From the NCBI RefSeq assembly GCF_009914755.1, contig NC_060940.1: a DNA stretch of 64,000 nt. One strand, 5' to 3'. Shown here piece by piece: positions 31,658 to 46,844 of this stretch. This DNA comes from the human T2T-CHM13v2.0 reference genome, Homo sapiens. The notes under the pieces are model-generated. The model saw only the letters and a list, made by a program, of their open reading frames with translations. It was not told the origin of the DNA and did not search any database. Numbering within the stretch: position 1 is the first letter of the stretch; each line of letters starts with the position of its first letter. Position numbers and translations under genes: made by a program.

Positions 31658-32929
31658 TGTGTATTGGGGGAAAAGGAGAGGGTAAATACTCCAAAAGGAA
31701 TGGAGAGCAATTACCAGAAAGAGGGGGATAAGAAGCACATGAGACTATTTTAAATGGCAGCCATCATGAGTGGATGCGAGACTCTTCTTCATCCAGTAAA
31801 AAGTGAAGAATCGGAGGGGAACTGGAGAAGTCAGGTCCATTCCCTCTCCTGTGATTGTACCTTTCTTACCACAGTTATTAAGTCACATTAAATAACACAT
31901 ATTTTCAACTTTGAGGCCCATGATCTTGTAGATCTTTTTGGTAATCTTGGAAGTTCTAGGAATTTTCTCTGTGATCAGTTAACATGATGCCAAGCATGGT
32001 GCTTGGTTCACAGTAGGCACTCAATAAGTCTGGAGAATGAGTAAATATATTACTGACTTTCTAGTAAACATGACCTTCCTAATACAAACAGTGGCCATTC
32101 CTGGTCAGTGGGGCTCAAGCTTCCCTTCCTCATCTCAGCTTTCTCCTACAAGAAGCTAAATCTCTCCTAAGGCCTCTCACATGCAGATCTGTGAGTGAGA
32201 ACCTGGAAGAATACCAAACTATGTTTTCATAGGACTATATTTTCAGGAGTTTTACTTCTCCTTAACACAGTCTATTCTCTTGGAAGAAGAAATGAATAAT
32301 GACTTTCCCTAGCCTGGGAAATGTGGGTCTCTGAGTTCTCACGATGCTCTGTAATTTTCTCCTTGTTGATATCTGGCTTCATCGAGTGCCGCAGACCAAA
32401 GCTCTTAGAGAGAACCTGCCATGCAGGCCCAATGACTGTTATTTCATGAGCAATCACTCAAGCATCCCTGCAATACATGGGATTATCAGGTATACCTGGG
32501 GACTCTAAGGCCGACCAACATGGATGTTAAAATCATAAACCCTATTTCCACGACTCTGTCCCTACCCTTCGTAGGTATCAGGCCCCCCAAACTGCACCCT
32601 TCAGTACCCACAGAGAGTTTCAAGGGTTGCCTAGAAGGTGTTGCACAGGTACTCAGAAACACAGTTCTCCTGGTTGCCCAAATGATCCTGAACCTTTCCT
32701 ATTGCCTTGTTCTTTTCCCACTGCCATACACTAAAGCCACCCAGAATATGTCCCCATTTTCTCCCTGTTCCAGATAGAAAATCAGGCTCCCTGCCTGCGC
32801 TGTGGCACATTTTCCCCCCAGTGCAGGTTACAAAGCAGCACATGCTACCTTGTATATTTAATGCTCCCACTGTTTGGAGTTAATAGGAAAGATACATTAA
32901 TTATATTTCACTATTATCATAATAGCCTT

Positions 32930-33227
32930 TTGTTCTTGTTTTTTTGAGACAGAGTCTCACTCTGTTGCCCAGGCTGGAACCCACTGGTGCGATCTCGGTT
33001 CACTGCGAACTCCGCCTCCTAGGTTCAAGCAGTTCTCCTGCCTCAGCCTCCCGAGTAGCTGGGATCACAGGCATGTGCCACCACACCTGGTTAATTTTTG
33101 TATTTTTAGTAGAGATGGGGTTTTGCCATGTTGGCCAGGCTGGTCTCGAACTCCTGACCTCAGCTGATCTGCCCACCTTGACCTACCAAATTGCTGGGGT
33201 TACAAGCGTGAACCACCGCCCCTGGCC
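32930..33227 (-). mobile_element. AluS
   Basis: Antisense dimer; TSD tagccttt. Confidence 0.92.
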
Positions 33228-34428
33228 CCATAGTAGCCTTTTTTGGGTACTTTCCAAGTTCCACAAGCTCTATGCTAAGTGTTCTATGGTGATCCCTGTG
33301 AAAAGCATCCTACCCGTGAAAAAGCATGATGAAGAAAGTGAAGGAATTTGCTAACCTTCACGCAAGCTACAGAGACCTTGGCTTCAAAACAGGATTACGT
33401 TTCTTTCCAAAGCCCATACTTTTCACTGTTTTGTCCTACACAGGAGATTCCCGAGCTAAAAAAAGAACATTCAGTAATAGCTGAAAAGAACGTTCCGCAA
33501 TAAGAAACAACTACACTAAGAATGCAGCCCTTCATAGTTTGATCTGAAACGGTTTCATCCAGGCCTGTATTCTCCAACTCACTTTACCCTTAGGATGAGG
33601 TTTGTTATTGTTCCCAGAATACATAGCTGCCCTTCAGCAAATGAACAGATTGTGGGGCAGCCCCACTGGCCCAGATAGTCTGAGCCATATGATTCAAGGG
33701 AGCTCTGATGAGACTTTCAAACTGCACTCTTCATACTCCTACCCCTCCTCCCAACACAGGCACACTTGTACCTTTGAGCAGACTATCCATCAAAGTACAC
33801 ACTTTCATTTAAAAAAAAAAAAAAAGCATCCCTCATCTAGGATCAGAAAGAAATGCCTTTCATTTATATACGCTACGCCTAGTTCAATCAGCTAATGGGG
33901 AGCTATTAAACCTACCATACCTATGATTGGTCTGAATGATTTTCTAATTGGTTTCCCTTTATCCACTCAGTTAAACTCCCTAAAATTGTTCCTACTGGGG
34001 ACCTCATAATAAACTCTGACTCAACGTTTTGCAGCCGGAATCGACGATGCATGACGCAGCCATCCATGCGCCCACCTTCCTGAAACAGTCCTTTCAGATT
34101 TGAAGGCCTTCTCTGTCTGACCCCGGAGGAGAGACAGACAGTCCATGTCTCTGGGACTACTACTTCATAGGAAATGAATGGCAAAGGCAATTTTCACCCT
34201 CCCACCGCTTTGAGCCTCAGCATCTCTGTCCTCAGCCAGCAGCACATGTGGGAGACTCCACAACTTCCTTTTGCATTTTTAGCAGTTTTCTTTCCTTTTC
34301 CTAGTCATCTTTTTTCCTTTTGTATCCTTAAGATAGCTAGGCCTGTTTGTTCTTGAATGGAGACCCAGCTTCCAAAATAATTGAAAAGCACTGTGAAAGT
34401 CTTGAGTCCCTTAGAAAACACTAAAGTT

Positions 34429-34706
34429 GCCGGGGCACCGTGGCCCACGCCTGTAATCCCAGCACTTTGGGAGGGCAAGGGGGGTGGAGCACAAGGTCAG
34501 GAGTTCAAGACCAGCCTGGCCAAGATGGTAAAAGCCCGTCTCTACTAAAAATACAAAAATTAGCCAGGTGTGGTGGCAGGCGCCTGTAATCCCAGCTACT
34601 CGGGAGGCTGAGGCAGGGACTTGCTTGAACCCAGGAGGCAGAGGTGGCAGTGAGCCGAGATTGTGCCACTGCACTCCAGTCTGGGCAACAGAGCGAGACC
34701 CCATCT

Positions 34707-34710
<4 letters not shown>
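34429..34710 (+). mobile_element. AluS with a (CA)n tail
   Basis: Dimer; TSD acactaaagttg. Confidence 0.92.

Positions 34711-34756
<46 letters not shown>
34711..34756 (+). repeat. (CA)23 microsatellite
   Basis: Direct reading. Confidence 0.97.
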
Positions 34757-34761
<5 letters not shown>

Positions 34762-35299
34762 GTTGCATCCATTCATGGCACGGACAAAACTTCTCAAACA
34801 TTTTCTTTTCCTGTGTACATCCCTTAAGTGCCGCTGCTCCCTCCAAACTCTCCCCTACTCTGTTCAAACTCTTCCAGACTTTGAAACCTTGCTCTTGCCA
34901 TTTCTTGGCAATCTTTATTCACCCTTCATATCTAGTCTTTAATCTTTCAGGAGTAAATCCTTGCTTTTTTTTGAGGCGCATCAATCAAGCAGGCCTTTGA
35001 TCTTCTCAGTTTCCTTCTCACCATCACGGCAGCGGACACAGCAGGGCCGGCAGCCCAGCAATGATTTCTTTCGTGAGAAGAAAGAATAGGGCTCAAATCA
35101 TTCCTAGGTATTTTCCTACTTACACCTTCAGTGCAGAAATTATTGTTTGCCAGCCTTTAATGTGCCCTGTGCTAAGCACTGAACATTGAAAGGTGGATTT
35201 TAAGACAAGCCCTGTGCCCTAAAGTTGCTCATAGTCTACAGGGAAGATAATAGGGTAGAGATGCTACTACTCTCTCCTCCTTAGGATCCATTAGACTTA

Positions 35300-35445
35300 A
35301 ATATTACCTAACTAAAAGTTCAGTTCCTTAGTCACACTAGTTACATTTCAAGTGTTCAATACCACATGTGGCCAAGTGGCTACCATATTGGAGAGCAGCA
35401 AGGACAGAACATTTCCATCATTCCAGAAAGTTCTATTGGACATGT
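35300..35445. mobile_element. MER3-like hAT remnant
   Basis: ttcagttccttagtcacactag...gtggctaccatattgga...gaaagttctattggaca. Confidence 0.7.
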
Positions 35446-35455
35446 CTATTCAAGT

Positions 35456-36042
<587 letters not shown>

Positions 36043-36689
36043 GTGACGTGATTTAAGAACTACCCTCTCTGTGCTAGCTGTGACTCTTGTACAGCCTCCT
36101 CTTATGGAACTGTCATGCCGTGTAGTCATTCTTTTGTTGATCTCTGAGTCCTGGAAGGCAGAGATGTCATTGTCACTGTTGTGACATTAGTGCCTAGCCA
36201 AGCCCCAAAACACAGAGGGGTCTGTTGAATTTCAATTGGATGACATTAAATGTTCTATGCAACCAGTCACTGCCGAACACCTGTTTGAAGTGAATGCCTT
36301 GGTCAACATCAAACATGGAGCATAAAGATGTTAACCTTTACAGGAACCTTAGGAATAAATACCTCCTGCTGTGTCCCGAGGAGGGGCTGAGAGTAAATAA
36401 CTCCAGGTCTCAAAGTCAAAAGAGTTAGTCTCAGCATCTAGGAGTGCTTGTTTTGGACCCTTTCGGACCTGGCTTTTCTGTTTCTGCTGAAAACTGGCTC
36501 TAGACATTTAGATTCTCAATATGTCTCCTGGCTGTTTTGTTCTGTGTTGGAAATACTACTGAGGTGTGTTTTGAATACTAATTTGGGCATATGATCTGAA
36601 TGTATTTCTTTTCCCAGACACGGTAGAAACAAAGAACTTGTACAACTGTATCCCAAGCTATATTACCCTCATCATCACTGCCAAGTCAC

Positions 36690-36939
36690 TTCCTCCCTCC
36701 TCTCTGTCCTTATTTCAGCCATGCTGGCCATCATGATGAGTTTGTCCCTGGGATTCTACGCTTTCCCCTCTCCTTCCCCTTCCATCTTTTTTCCTCTCTC
36801 TCCTCATGAGTTGGCATCTTGTGCTCCTGCTACAATGAGCTTCCTTCTTGAGGCTGGAAAAGGCGGTGGTCTTTAGCTCCAGCAGCCGTGTACAAATTTA
36901 GCAAGTCCCACTGCAAAGAGAACTTTTTTCTCCCAGTTT
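36690..36939 (+). repeat. Dispersed direct repeat A, copy 2
   Basis: Colinear with 30997-31240. Confidence 0.92.
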
Positions 36940-37926
36940 CCTCCCAGCATATGTTATGGACAAAGGGATCTCAGTGGGGCAGTGACAGCACTACTAATGT
37001 AAAGTGGTAGATTATGAATAAAATCAGATGGGTCGGAAAACTCCGTATGTCTCCCGTGGCTGCAGTGGCTTGCTTATCTTAAAATAGCGGTTAGAGAGGG
37101 TGGACAGGGTTATGTGGAACTGGTCACCAAGGGGACCAGTGTCAAGAGCCATGAGCCAGCAGTGTGGGAAGGGAGTCTGAGCATCCCAGCATACCCTTTC
37201 CAGCCTCTGATTGAACACAGGTGGATTCTTCAGGTGAATCCTAAGACCTCTCTGAGACAATTCTGGCTGTTCTCAAATAAGAGCTGCCATCTGAGATTTG
37301 CATAAACAGTGTCCTTGCTTTGGTCACTGTGAGCTTTTTCTTTCCTAGCAAATTTGTGTCAGTCTGTTCCCACAGTCTTGAGATAACAAAACTGGCACTT
37401 GAGCAAATCAAAAAAGAAAAAAGATTTATGCCCAAGATTTTCTGAGATCAATGCCTATTTTCCTAAGCATTTTCAAGTTTTCAGTTGAGATTAAGAAACA
37501 AAAACAAAAGCTTCAGTTCTGGGGCAATGAGAAAATTAATCAAACATCTGCTTCTTTGACCCCGCATGGATTGGGAGTTAAGTGCTTTGATGAACATATT
37601 ATCAGCAAGACGAGAGCAGAATAAGCAAAGAGCACACCTTCCCTTACTGCGTCTGCTTGCTTCTGCCCGGAGCTGGCAAAGGCTGCCACAAATGCAGGAC
37701 TGGTTAAAGTTCCGAGGCAGAGGGCTGGTAAAGCTTTCTGTTGAGAATTTGATGGTGCTTTCCCTGATGCCTGCCTCTCCGCCAGTGTCGTGATCTCCGA
37801 CTTCCCACAGACACATAGAAAGCCCTGAAGTGTGATTTTTCATAGATTTTCCCCAAGCAGTTTACCAATCCTGCATGTATTTATCTGCTTGTTACTTTTT
37901 GTGTTATTTTTTCCTTAGTCTCTGCC

Positions 37927-38569
<643 letters not shown>

Positions 38570-38590
38570 TGATCTCTTTATTTTTCTAAT

Positions 38591-38920
38591 CTTCACTTCC
38601 TTTTTTTCTATGGGAACAACTGTTTTTACTAAACATTACTTTTATCATATCTTTTATGATATGATAACATATCATAAAACATAAGAACTTTATTTTAACA
38701 TATCTTAGGAAACAGCTGTCATATCATAGCAAAAATGGACTGTTTCTCCATGGGAATGCTGGTCCTTGGTGGCTCCAGGGAGAAATCAAGACATGGCCAC
38801 TCTGTGCTGTCTTCTCCCTTCCATGGAAAGCTGGGGTGAGGCCAGAGAGGCTGAGAGAATGGGAGCAAGAGGCACGCCCATTCCTAAGGGATACTTTCTG
38901 TGAGAAGCACCTGATCCCAG
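38591..38920 (+). repeat. Dispersed direct repeat B, copy 2
   Basis: Colinear with 35456-36042 once the Alu is removed. Confidence 0.85.
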
Positions 38921-39949
38921 CAGGTTCTTTCCCCTCCCTCTCATTCTTTCAGGTTTTTATTTAAAGGTCTCATTCTCTTTCCTGCCTTTGCACCATTTGT
39001 TATAAGAACCACCAGATCTTTCCTCCTCAGGAACTGCCGTGCAAAGGAGCCTCATAAAACTTCACCATCAGTGACAGCTGCTCTGTGACCACAGGGGAAT
39101 AAACCCTGAAAGGAGAGATCACACTACTCTTCTTGTAGTGGGAGCTAGTGTGCACCACCCCTAAAGCATCCTTTTAGAATCTCAGTGCTCACTCCCCCAG
39201 CTACCAGGAATGATGGCAGCTGACAGCTCACAGCTGGTTTCTCCTGAGGAATTGTTCTCAGCCAAAGAAAGTCTCCTTCCCCAAGCCTGCACCCCCTCCC
39301 TGGGGGCAGCCCTCATTCCTGACTGGTTGATGCAGGGGTGCAAAGGCCCAGTCCGCATGTCTTTGTTCAGAATTACTCAAGGAACCATGCTATGTCTGGA
39401 ACTTTGCAAGGATGAACTGAGACCTCTTTACTGGTATATCAGAGTTCAACTTCTCCCCGTCCCCAGTCCAGCTTCCCTCCTGCCCATCTAGGAGTTGTCT
39501 TTTAGAACACTCCCTATCAGACCTCTTGCTGCAAATCTCAGTCTCGGAGTCTGTTTCCCAGGGAACCTGACCTATGGCATTTTCTTTGTGTCATAGTGAT
39601 GACAGTGATTCGGATAGCAAGCTTATATCTGTTGAGCATTTACTGTGTACGAGGTACTCTGTTTTACATATACTGTCACATGCAATCCACACAACACCCC
39701 ATAAGGTGGTTGTGTTACTATCCCATTGTTGAGATGGAAAAACTAAGGCCCAAGGTCAAGCAACCCACTTGAGGAGGAGCCAGAAAGCTAAAGCTAAAGA
39801 TCTAAACTTAGCTTTGGTGATTGCAGAGGACTGCTTGGAATAATTCTTTGGGGAGAACTTTCTGGAGGTTGATGCTTTGACTTCATGGTTATATTGTACA
39901 TTAGCATGTGCCATGGTGGCTATATGAGCACTTTGCCTATACTCCAGAA

Positions 39950-40473
39950 CAGGGCTCCCTGGGCCACAGACCAGTACTGGTCTGTGGCCTGTTAGGAAAT
40001 GGGCCACCAAGCAGGAGGTAATTGGTGGGCAAGGAAGTGAAGCTTCGTCTCTATTTAGAGCCACTACCCGTCACTCGCATTACCACCTGCACTCTGCCTC
40101 CTGTCAGATCAGCGGCAGCATTAGGTTCTCATAGGAGCATGAACCCTATTGTGAGCTGCACATGTGAGGGATCTAGGTTGTGTACTTCTTATGAAAATCT
40201 AATGCCTGATGATCTGTCACTATCTCCTGTCACCCCCAGATGGGACCGTCGAGTTGTAGGAAAACAACCTCAGGGCTCCCACTTGATTCTACATTATGCT
40301 GAGTTGTATAATTATTTCATTATATATTACAATGTAATAATAATAGAAATACAATGCACAGTAAATGTCATGTGCTTGAATCATCCCAAAACCATCCTCC
40401 CACCCCTGCTCCATGGAAAAAAAATGTCTTCCATTAAACTGGTCCCTGGTGCCAAAAAGGTTTGGGACCGTTG
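39950..40473 (+). mobile_element. MER1A (hAT-Charlie), near full length
   Basis: Consensus-like body; 8-bp TSD ctccagaa/ctctagaa. Confidence 0.85.
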
Positions 40474-40508
40474 CTCTAGAAGACCACTTGTCATCGTACA
40501 GTGATCAG

Positions 40509-40823
<315 letters not shown>

Positions 40824-42157
40824 GTGATCAGTTTTTATGATTCTGTTTCCCCATGAGAATTTGGAGCCCCTTGTTAACTTTGGGCATCCACTACCTAGTA
40901 TACGGCATAGTATACAGTAGGCTCAATGTGCTAGTTGAGTGGAGAGTTCTTGTCTTTGTAACTGGGAAAACTGAGCCATGATCTTTCTCTAGGAGAGCAA
41001 AGTACATTAGTCAAGAGCACAGGCTCTGGATTTACATCACTTGCTTTCGCAAGTAATGTAAGCCAGGTAAAACCAACATTTTGTAAACCTTAATGTGCTT
41101 TGGTTTTGTTCTTTGTAAAATGGGGGTAATATTGTTGATCTCTTAGCATTGTTTATGGTTGTTGTAAAACTGAAATGACACTCAACACCATGCCTGATAC
41201 ATAGAAAGCGCCCCATAAAAGTTACCTATTACAATTGCTGGCCACAAATCAATTCTTTTCCTTCCCATCCTCCATCATCAGAGAAATTAGAAAGGCCAGA
41301 TTTCTGTTAGCTTCTTGGGGATGCCTCCAACAGTCACAAAGCCCTATAGGACAGCCCTCTCAGAAAGAGTCCATTCTTTTTTGATCTTTTTTTTTTCCAT
41401 GGGAACAGCTGACATTGGGCTACTCAAGTGGTCCTTTGCAACCCTAACAGCACATGAGAGTGTGTGCTTTCACTAAAGAGACTCTCAGAGCTGGGGCCAG
41501 GATGTGCACTTTCAGAAAAAATAAATGTCATGATGATCCTGACTTGCATTACAAAAAGTGATTGTACTCAAGGCTCATCCCCTCTTCTCAGCAATTGCTG
41601 CTATGGGTAGAGGGAGGGGATCTACTGCCATTGCCCACAAAGAGAGAGGGTTCATAGTCTTTATCGAGTTTACTACATGTGACTTCAAGGTGTCTTGGAA
41701 CTATTTCATAGAATCATGAGAGCTCCAGATTTGAAGAAAGGATGTCAGCTAGTCTTGTGTTTTAAATTTCCTCCATGACATCCTTCATGGTCTTCACAAA
41801 CATCCTTAGTAACCAGGAACGGGGCAGCCTGTCTGATATTTTTATCAGCAACTTGGATGTAGAAGCTCGTGTCATGATAACCACATTTTCACAGGCTACA
41901 AATCCAGGAGGGAGAATTAATTTTTTTTGATGAAAGAATTAGAATTCAAGAAAGAGACAGACAAATGAGAATGATGAACTTAATCTAATAACACCAAATC
42001 TAGCAAGGATAACTATAATCCTCTGGACTAAGATCAAAAATTCAACTGCCCTAGAGGACAATGAGAACTTTTCATTTACTTTCTATTTAACCATTTAATT
42101 TGTACTCTGTCTCATTTAGCAAAAGACTTGAATTAGCTTTAAAAAATAAAACAAGAT

Positions 42158-42343
42158 CAGTGATTCTCTAAGTGTGGTTCCCAGATCAGCAGCATCAGCA
42201 TTACTTAGGAACTTAGAAATGAAAAACTTCAGACCTCGCCCCAGATCTACTTGAGTCCAGAACTCAGAGGTGGGGCCCAAAAATCTGTGTTTTAACCAGC
42301 CCTCCTGGAAGTTCTGATGAATAATAAAGTTTGAGAACCATTC
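42158..42343. mobile_element. MER5A (hAT-Charlie)
   Basis: cagtgattctc...cagcagcatcagcat...aatctgtgttttaac...aaagtttgagaacca. Confidence 0.82.
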
Positions 42344-42445
42344 ACAATACTACTAACACTGGTAATGGAGTATAAGGATTTAAAAAATGGAATCTCCAAA
42401 GTACTCAGAGGTTAAGATGAAGTTGATTATTAAGATGATATAGAG

Positions 42446-42613
42446 GCCGGGCACGGTGGCCCAGCACTTCCCACACTTCCCAGCACTTTGGGAAGCCAAA
42501 GTGGGAGGATCACCTGAGCCCAGGAGGTCAAGACTGCAGTGAGCCATGTTCACGCCTCTGCACTCCAGCCTGGGTGACAGAGCTAGACTCTATCTCAAAA
42601 ACAACAACAAAAA
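42446..42613 (+). mobile_element. Monomeric Alu (FRAM-like or arm-recombined)
   Basis: ~165 bp; TSD atgatatagag. Confidence 0.75.
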
Positions 42614-42826
42614 TGATATAGAGAATGAATGTGACAAATTTGGCTCAGAGCTTCCTAGCAGCCAATGCAAAGAAATAAACATAACCAATGTATATACTGT
42701 ACTGAGCCTATAAGATCCATAAAGCCAATCCTTGTGCTGAGATTTGAGGAAAAAGTACTGTCTTCATAAAGTCGTAAATATATATTGTAGCAAATTATAT
42801 ACTTAACAAAATCCCTACAGTAAGTA

Positions 42827-42873
42827 TTAAAAGTAATGGCACAAACCACAATTACTTTTGCACCAACCTAATA
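42827..42873. mobile_element. Partial MADE1 (Hsmar1 MITE), one TIR
   Basis: aatggcacaaaccacaattacttttgcaccaacctaata. Confidence 0.82.
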
Positions 42874-44011
42874 AAACAATGGGTTTCTGAAGATTCTTTG
42901 GCAGTCTGTCTCTTAATTGAACTAATGACAGAACAAGACTTGGGATTTCTATTGAGTATAATAGGAAAATATAGGATGAGGCTCTATAATCTGCATCAAT
43001 AGAGAAGTAGGTTTCGGAAGAGGGAGATTTGTTTAATGATCTGACACTGTTTGGATTTTCATGATTGATGCTGAGGATACTGACAACCTGAGGAAAGAAC
43101 AGGATAGCAAGAGGCCTAAGATCTTTTCATATGAGCAACCCCTGCCTCTTTTTCACCAGGAGAGTAGAAGACAAGGGAGCATCTCCATGCTACATGTATC
43201 TTTGCTAAACTCCTTCTTTTGAGTCACTTTTAACCTCAAATTGGAAAATTAATAAACTATAGCTGGGCTGATTCTTTTGTCATCCACTTAGTGATATCTT
43301 TTAAGAAATCAAATGTGTCTTCATTTGATATTGTTAGCATATCCAAAAAAAAATTCCAAACGATAAGCTTTGGGGACAAGAAGACATAGCGGCCTACCAT
43401 GGTTTATAGATCACACAATGACAGCCTGGTGGTCAGAACTCAAGCTTGGCAGTCATATAAAAAGGGCTTATATTCCCAGTTCTGGTACGAACTATATAAC
43501 CTTGGACAAGGTACTTTATTCTCGCTTGGTCTCACCTCCCTTTTGCACAAAATGGAGATTAAAACACTCCATCCCTTAATACCTAACATGTAGCAGTATC
43601 ATCACGGGAGCAATGTTTGTTGACTTTGGCAAGACAAAAATAAAGGCACCTAACCATCTCTCAGGAGACTTTACAGGGTGATATTCATCACTTACTAGGT
43701 AACAGAAAAGAAAGTGTAGAGGCCAAGGCTAGCTTTTAACTCTTATATAAAGTCTAAGCATACAAGTCAATGTCTTTTTCTCAAGACCACCAAGCGTCTC
43801 TTCCTCTCTACCTAAGCTTTGATTTTGATAATGTTTGAAACAGAGCCCACAGGATAAAGGACCATCAAACAAACAGACGATGAGAGCTGGGGAAGGCTTC
43901 AGAGACTCAGCCAAACTCCACCGCTAATTGATGGCAGCACAGGGATTAAAACCCAAGCACCTGCATCTGTTTCTTTTCACTGTTTCCTTTCAGCCTTCTT
44001 GTCCTTGAATC

Positions 44012-44298
44012 TTTTTTTTTTTTTTTTTGACAGAGTCTCGCTCTGCCACCCAGGCTGGAGTGCAGTGGAGTGATCTTGGCTCACTGCCTTCCAAGTTTAA
44101 GCGATTCTCCTGCCTCAGTCTCCTGAGTAGCTGAGACTATAGGCGTGCGCTATCACGCCCGGCTAATTTTTGTATTTTTAGTAGAGATAGGGTTTCACCG
44201 TGTTGGCCAGGCTGGTCTCGAACTCCTGACCTCAGGTAATCCACCTGTCTCGGCCTCCCAAAGTGCTGGGATTACAGGCGTGAGCCACCATGCCCCGC
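44012..44298 (-). mobile_element. AluS
   Basis: Antisense dimer. Confidence 0.9.
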
Positions 44299-45899
44299 CG
44301 TTCCCGAATCTTAAAACTCTTGATTTTAGTAACATTTGATTTACTTGAGATTTCATGGTGTTATGGGATACACAATAAGGAAGGAGTTGGAAGACCTTTA
44401 TTCAAGTCTCGGCTCTGTCACTGTCATGTACTGTCAGTGGTGTTGTGGTGCCTTTAACAAGTCAGTTTTCTTATCTGAGGCTCAATGTTCACATCTATTT
44501 AATGGGATTAACGGTATCTGCACTTGTTTTCTCAGCTTGTTACGAATTTTAATGAGATGTGTATGAAAGCACATGGTAAACCATGCTGTACTCTACAAAT
44601 ATAAGAAAGTGTTATTATTTTAAGGAACTGTCCCCCAATTTTCCTGTATCTTCCCTAACATATCTTCAGATCCCTCATTCTAACTGTTGAGCTTTTCAGG
44701 GTCTCTTTTTCAAACCTCTATCTTCATTCCTTCAGGATGCCATGTCTCAATGATAACTCTTTAAACCTAGCCTCTGACTAATAATTTAGTATGGGAAGAA
44801 AACTGAGACAGTCTTATATTATTTATTAAAATTATACCAATCTTTGAGAAAAATAGGATTACCTGGCAGAACTTTATGTCAGGCACTTTCCAACACTATT
44901 TCTTTTTTTGCAATGATCTGAAATGTTTAAGAGCTGTATAAAATTTTTACTCCATTTGTGGGCCTGAGTCATCAGGCATAGTCATTGCCACCCCCAAAAA
45001 CATTCTAACTAAGAATCAGATTACCTTAGAGAATACTGGAAACTGTAATTGTGCAAAACAGGGGCATTGACATGCCCCTGTTTTTTTATTTTATTTTATT
45101 TTTTCTGTTGTGGTAGAAAAAGAAAAGGATTAGACTCAAGTTTTTAAGTTCATAGATTTCACTATTTACTGTGTGGCCTTGGGTAAATAACTTATTATCT
45201 CTAAACCAACAAAGTTATTTTTGTCTGAAGAAAAAAAAGTAGAGTCAACAATGTCTGTCCCAATGGGTGATTGATTACGGTATTCGTTTGAGTTTGTATC
45301 TTTTGGTTTCATGTGACAGGGACCACACAGGTAGTCCAAGCAAAGAGCTTCTGCTATAAACACATGTGTGAAGTAATGAAGGAATTCATGGAAATCATAG
45401 AGCAGGAGGTGTGATGGAGCTGGACCTCTCCAAGCCCAGAGACTGGACCTCTCCTCATTCTAGGGAACTCAGCAATGGAAGTCTACAAAGCCTCATCCTG
45501 GTGCAGGGAGTTGGGTTGACTCTGTTGCTGTTCGTGTTTTTTCTTTTAATTCTTCCAGCTATTGGCTTTTCCACGTATGCTTCCCCAAAGCTCAGGTCAA
45601 CTAGATCTCTGTCACTCACTTCTGTCTTTTGACATCCTTTCTATTGCTAAGTCGTTCTCTTGATGTGTGTTTCCCAATTCATAGTTTTACAGAGAACACC
45701 CAGTTCTTGGACCAGCTCATTTATTCAGTTTAAGGAATGGGTTCCCGTCTAGATTATGAATGGCCACTCCTCCAATACTGGGCCCACATTGGTGCAGTCA
45801 GTTCTCTGCAAGGGGGAAGATATAAAGAGCTATAAACATGGCTCTTGTATGGGCAAGGGCGGGGCATAGAGAAGTTCCCCTTAAAGAGGTAGAGTGTAT

Positions 45900-46130
45900 T
45901 GCCTAAGGGGTCAGGTTCTAGGCTTTGCATGAATTCAGATCCTGACTTTGACACTTTGAAAAGATGTGATGGCAAGCAAGTTACTTACGCTCTCTGGGTC
46001 TCAATTTTCTGATCTGAAAAATTGGTATGATAGTTCATACCTCATAGGAGGAGTATTGATGAGTCTTAAATAACAAAAGTCAAGCACTTAGCACAGTTCT
46101 TGACACAAACTAAACGCTCAGCAAAAGCTA
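45900..46130 (+). mobile_element. MIR
   Basis: gcaagttacttacgctctctgggtctcaattttctgatctgaaaaattgg. Confidence 0.65.
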
Positions 46131-46844
46131 GCTATATCCAAATCAGGAGAAACAGGTCTGATCCAACACTCGGGAGTACTCTGTTAACAATTATTTACAT
46201 CCCCTTTGTGTGGAAATAAACAATACTGACCTGTCCTAGTCTCCGTCTCCAAAATACACCTGCGTCCTAAAAATAGGGGGCATTCTCCATGACCTGACAG
46301 AATCGCCTAATGCCTCACTGAGGAAACAGGGTGCTACAGGCTTTTGAAAAGTCAGTGTTAGCCTCTTCTCATTGGAATTTAAGTAGCTGGCTCTCAGTTT
46401 ACCATCACTGGGCCCAGTTCATGCTGGATGGCGAATGCAGGCAGCCCAGTTGAGCAGCGTAATAAGTGTCGAAGATGAGGCCTTCTCCAGGGGGCTGCCA
46501 TGTTTGCAGAAATGGCAACAAATTTCTTCTAGCATTTTTCCAACAGGGCCTTGGGAAATCATTGGTTTTCATGAAAAGAAAAACACAATGAGCTAAAATA
46601 TACATGAAATGAGATGGAGTGCTTGATTCAGGTTGTAGAAATTTCATTTACTGTTATACAGTGATGCGTTATTTATTTGATTGTGTCAGAAAATCGGCCA
46701 TTTTATACAAGTGAAGTTCAGAGATAGCTGAAGTTTTTCCATGTCAGCTGTGAAACTGTTTTTAACCCTTTTTTTACGAGTGCCTTCCTAAAATATATCA
46801 CATACTTCTGCCTTCTTAACGGAAGATGCAAATTTCAAGGCTAA

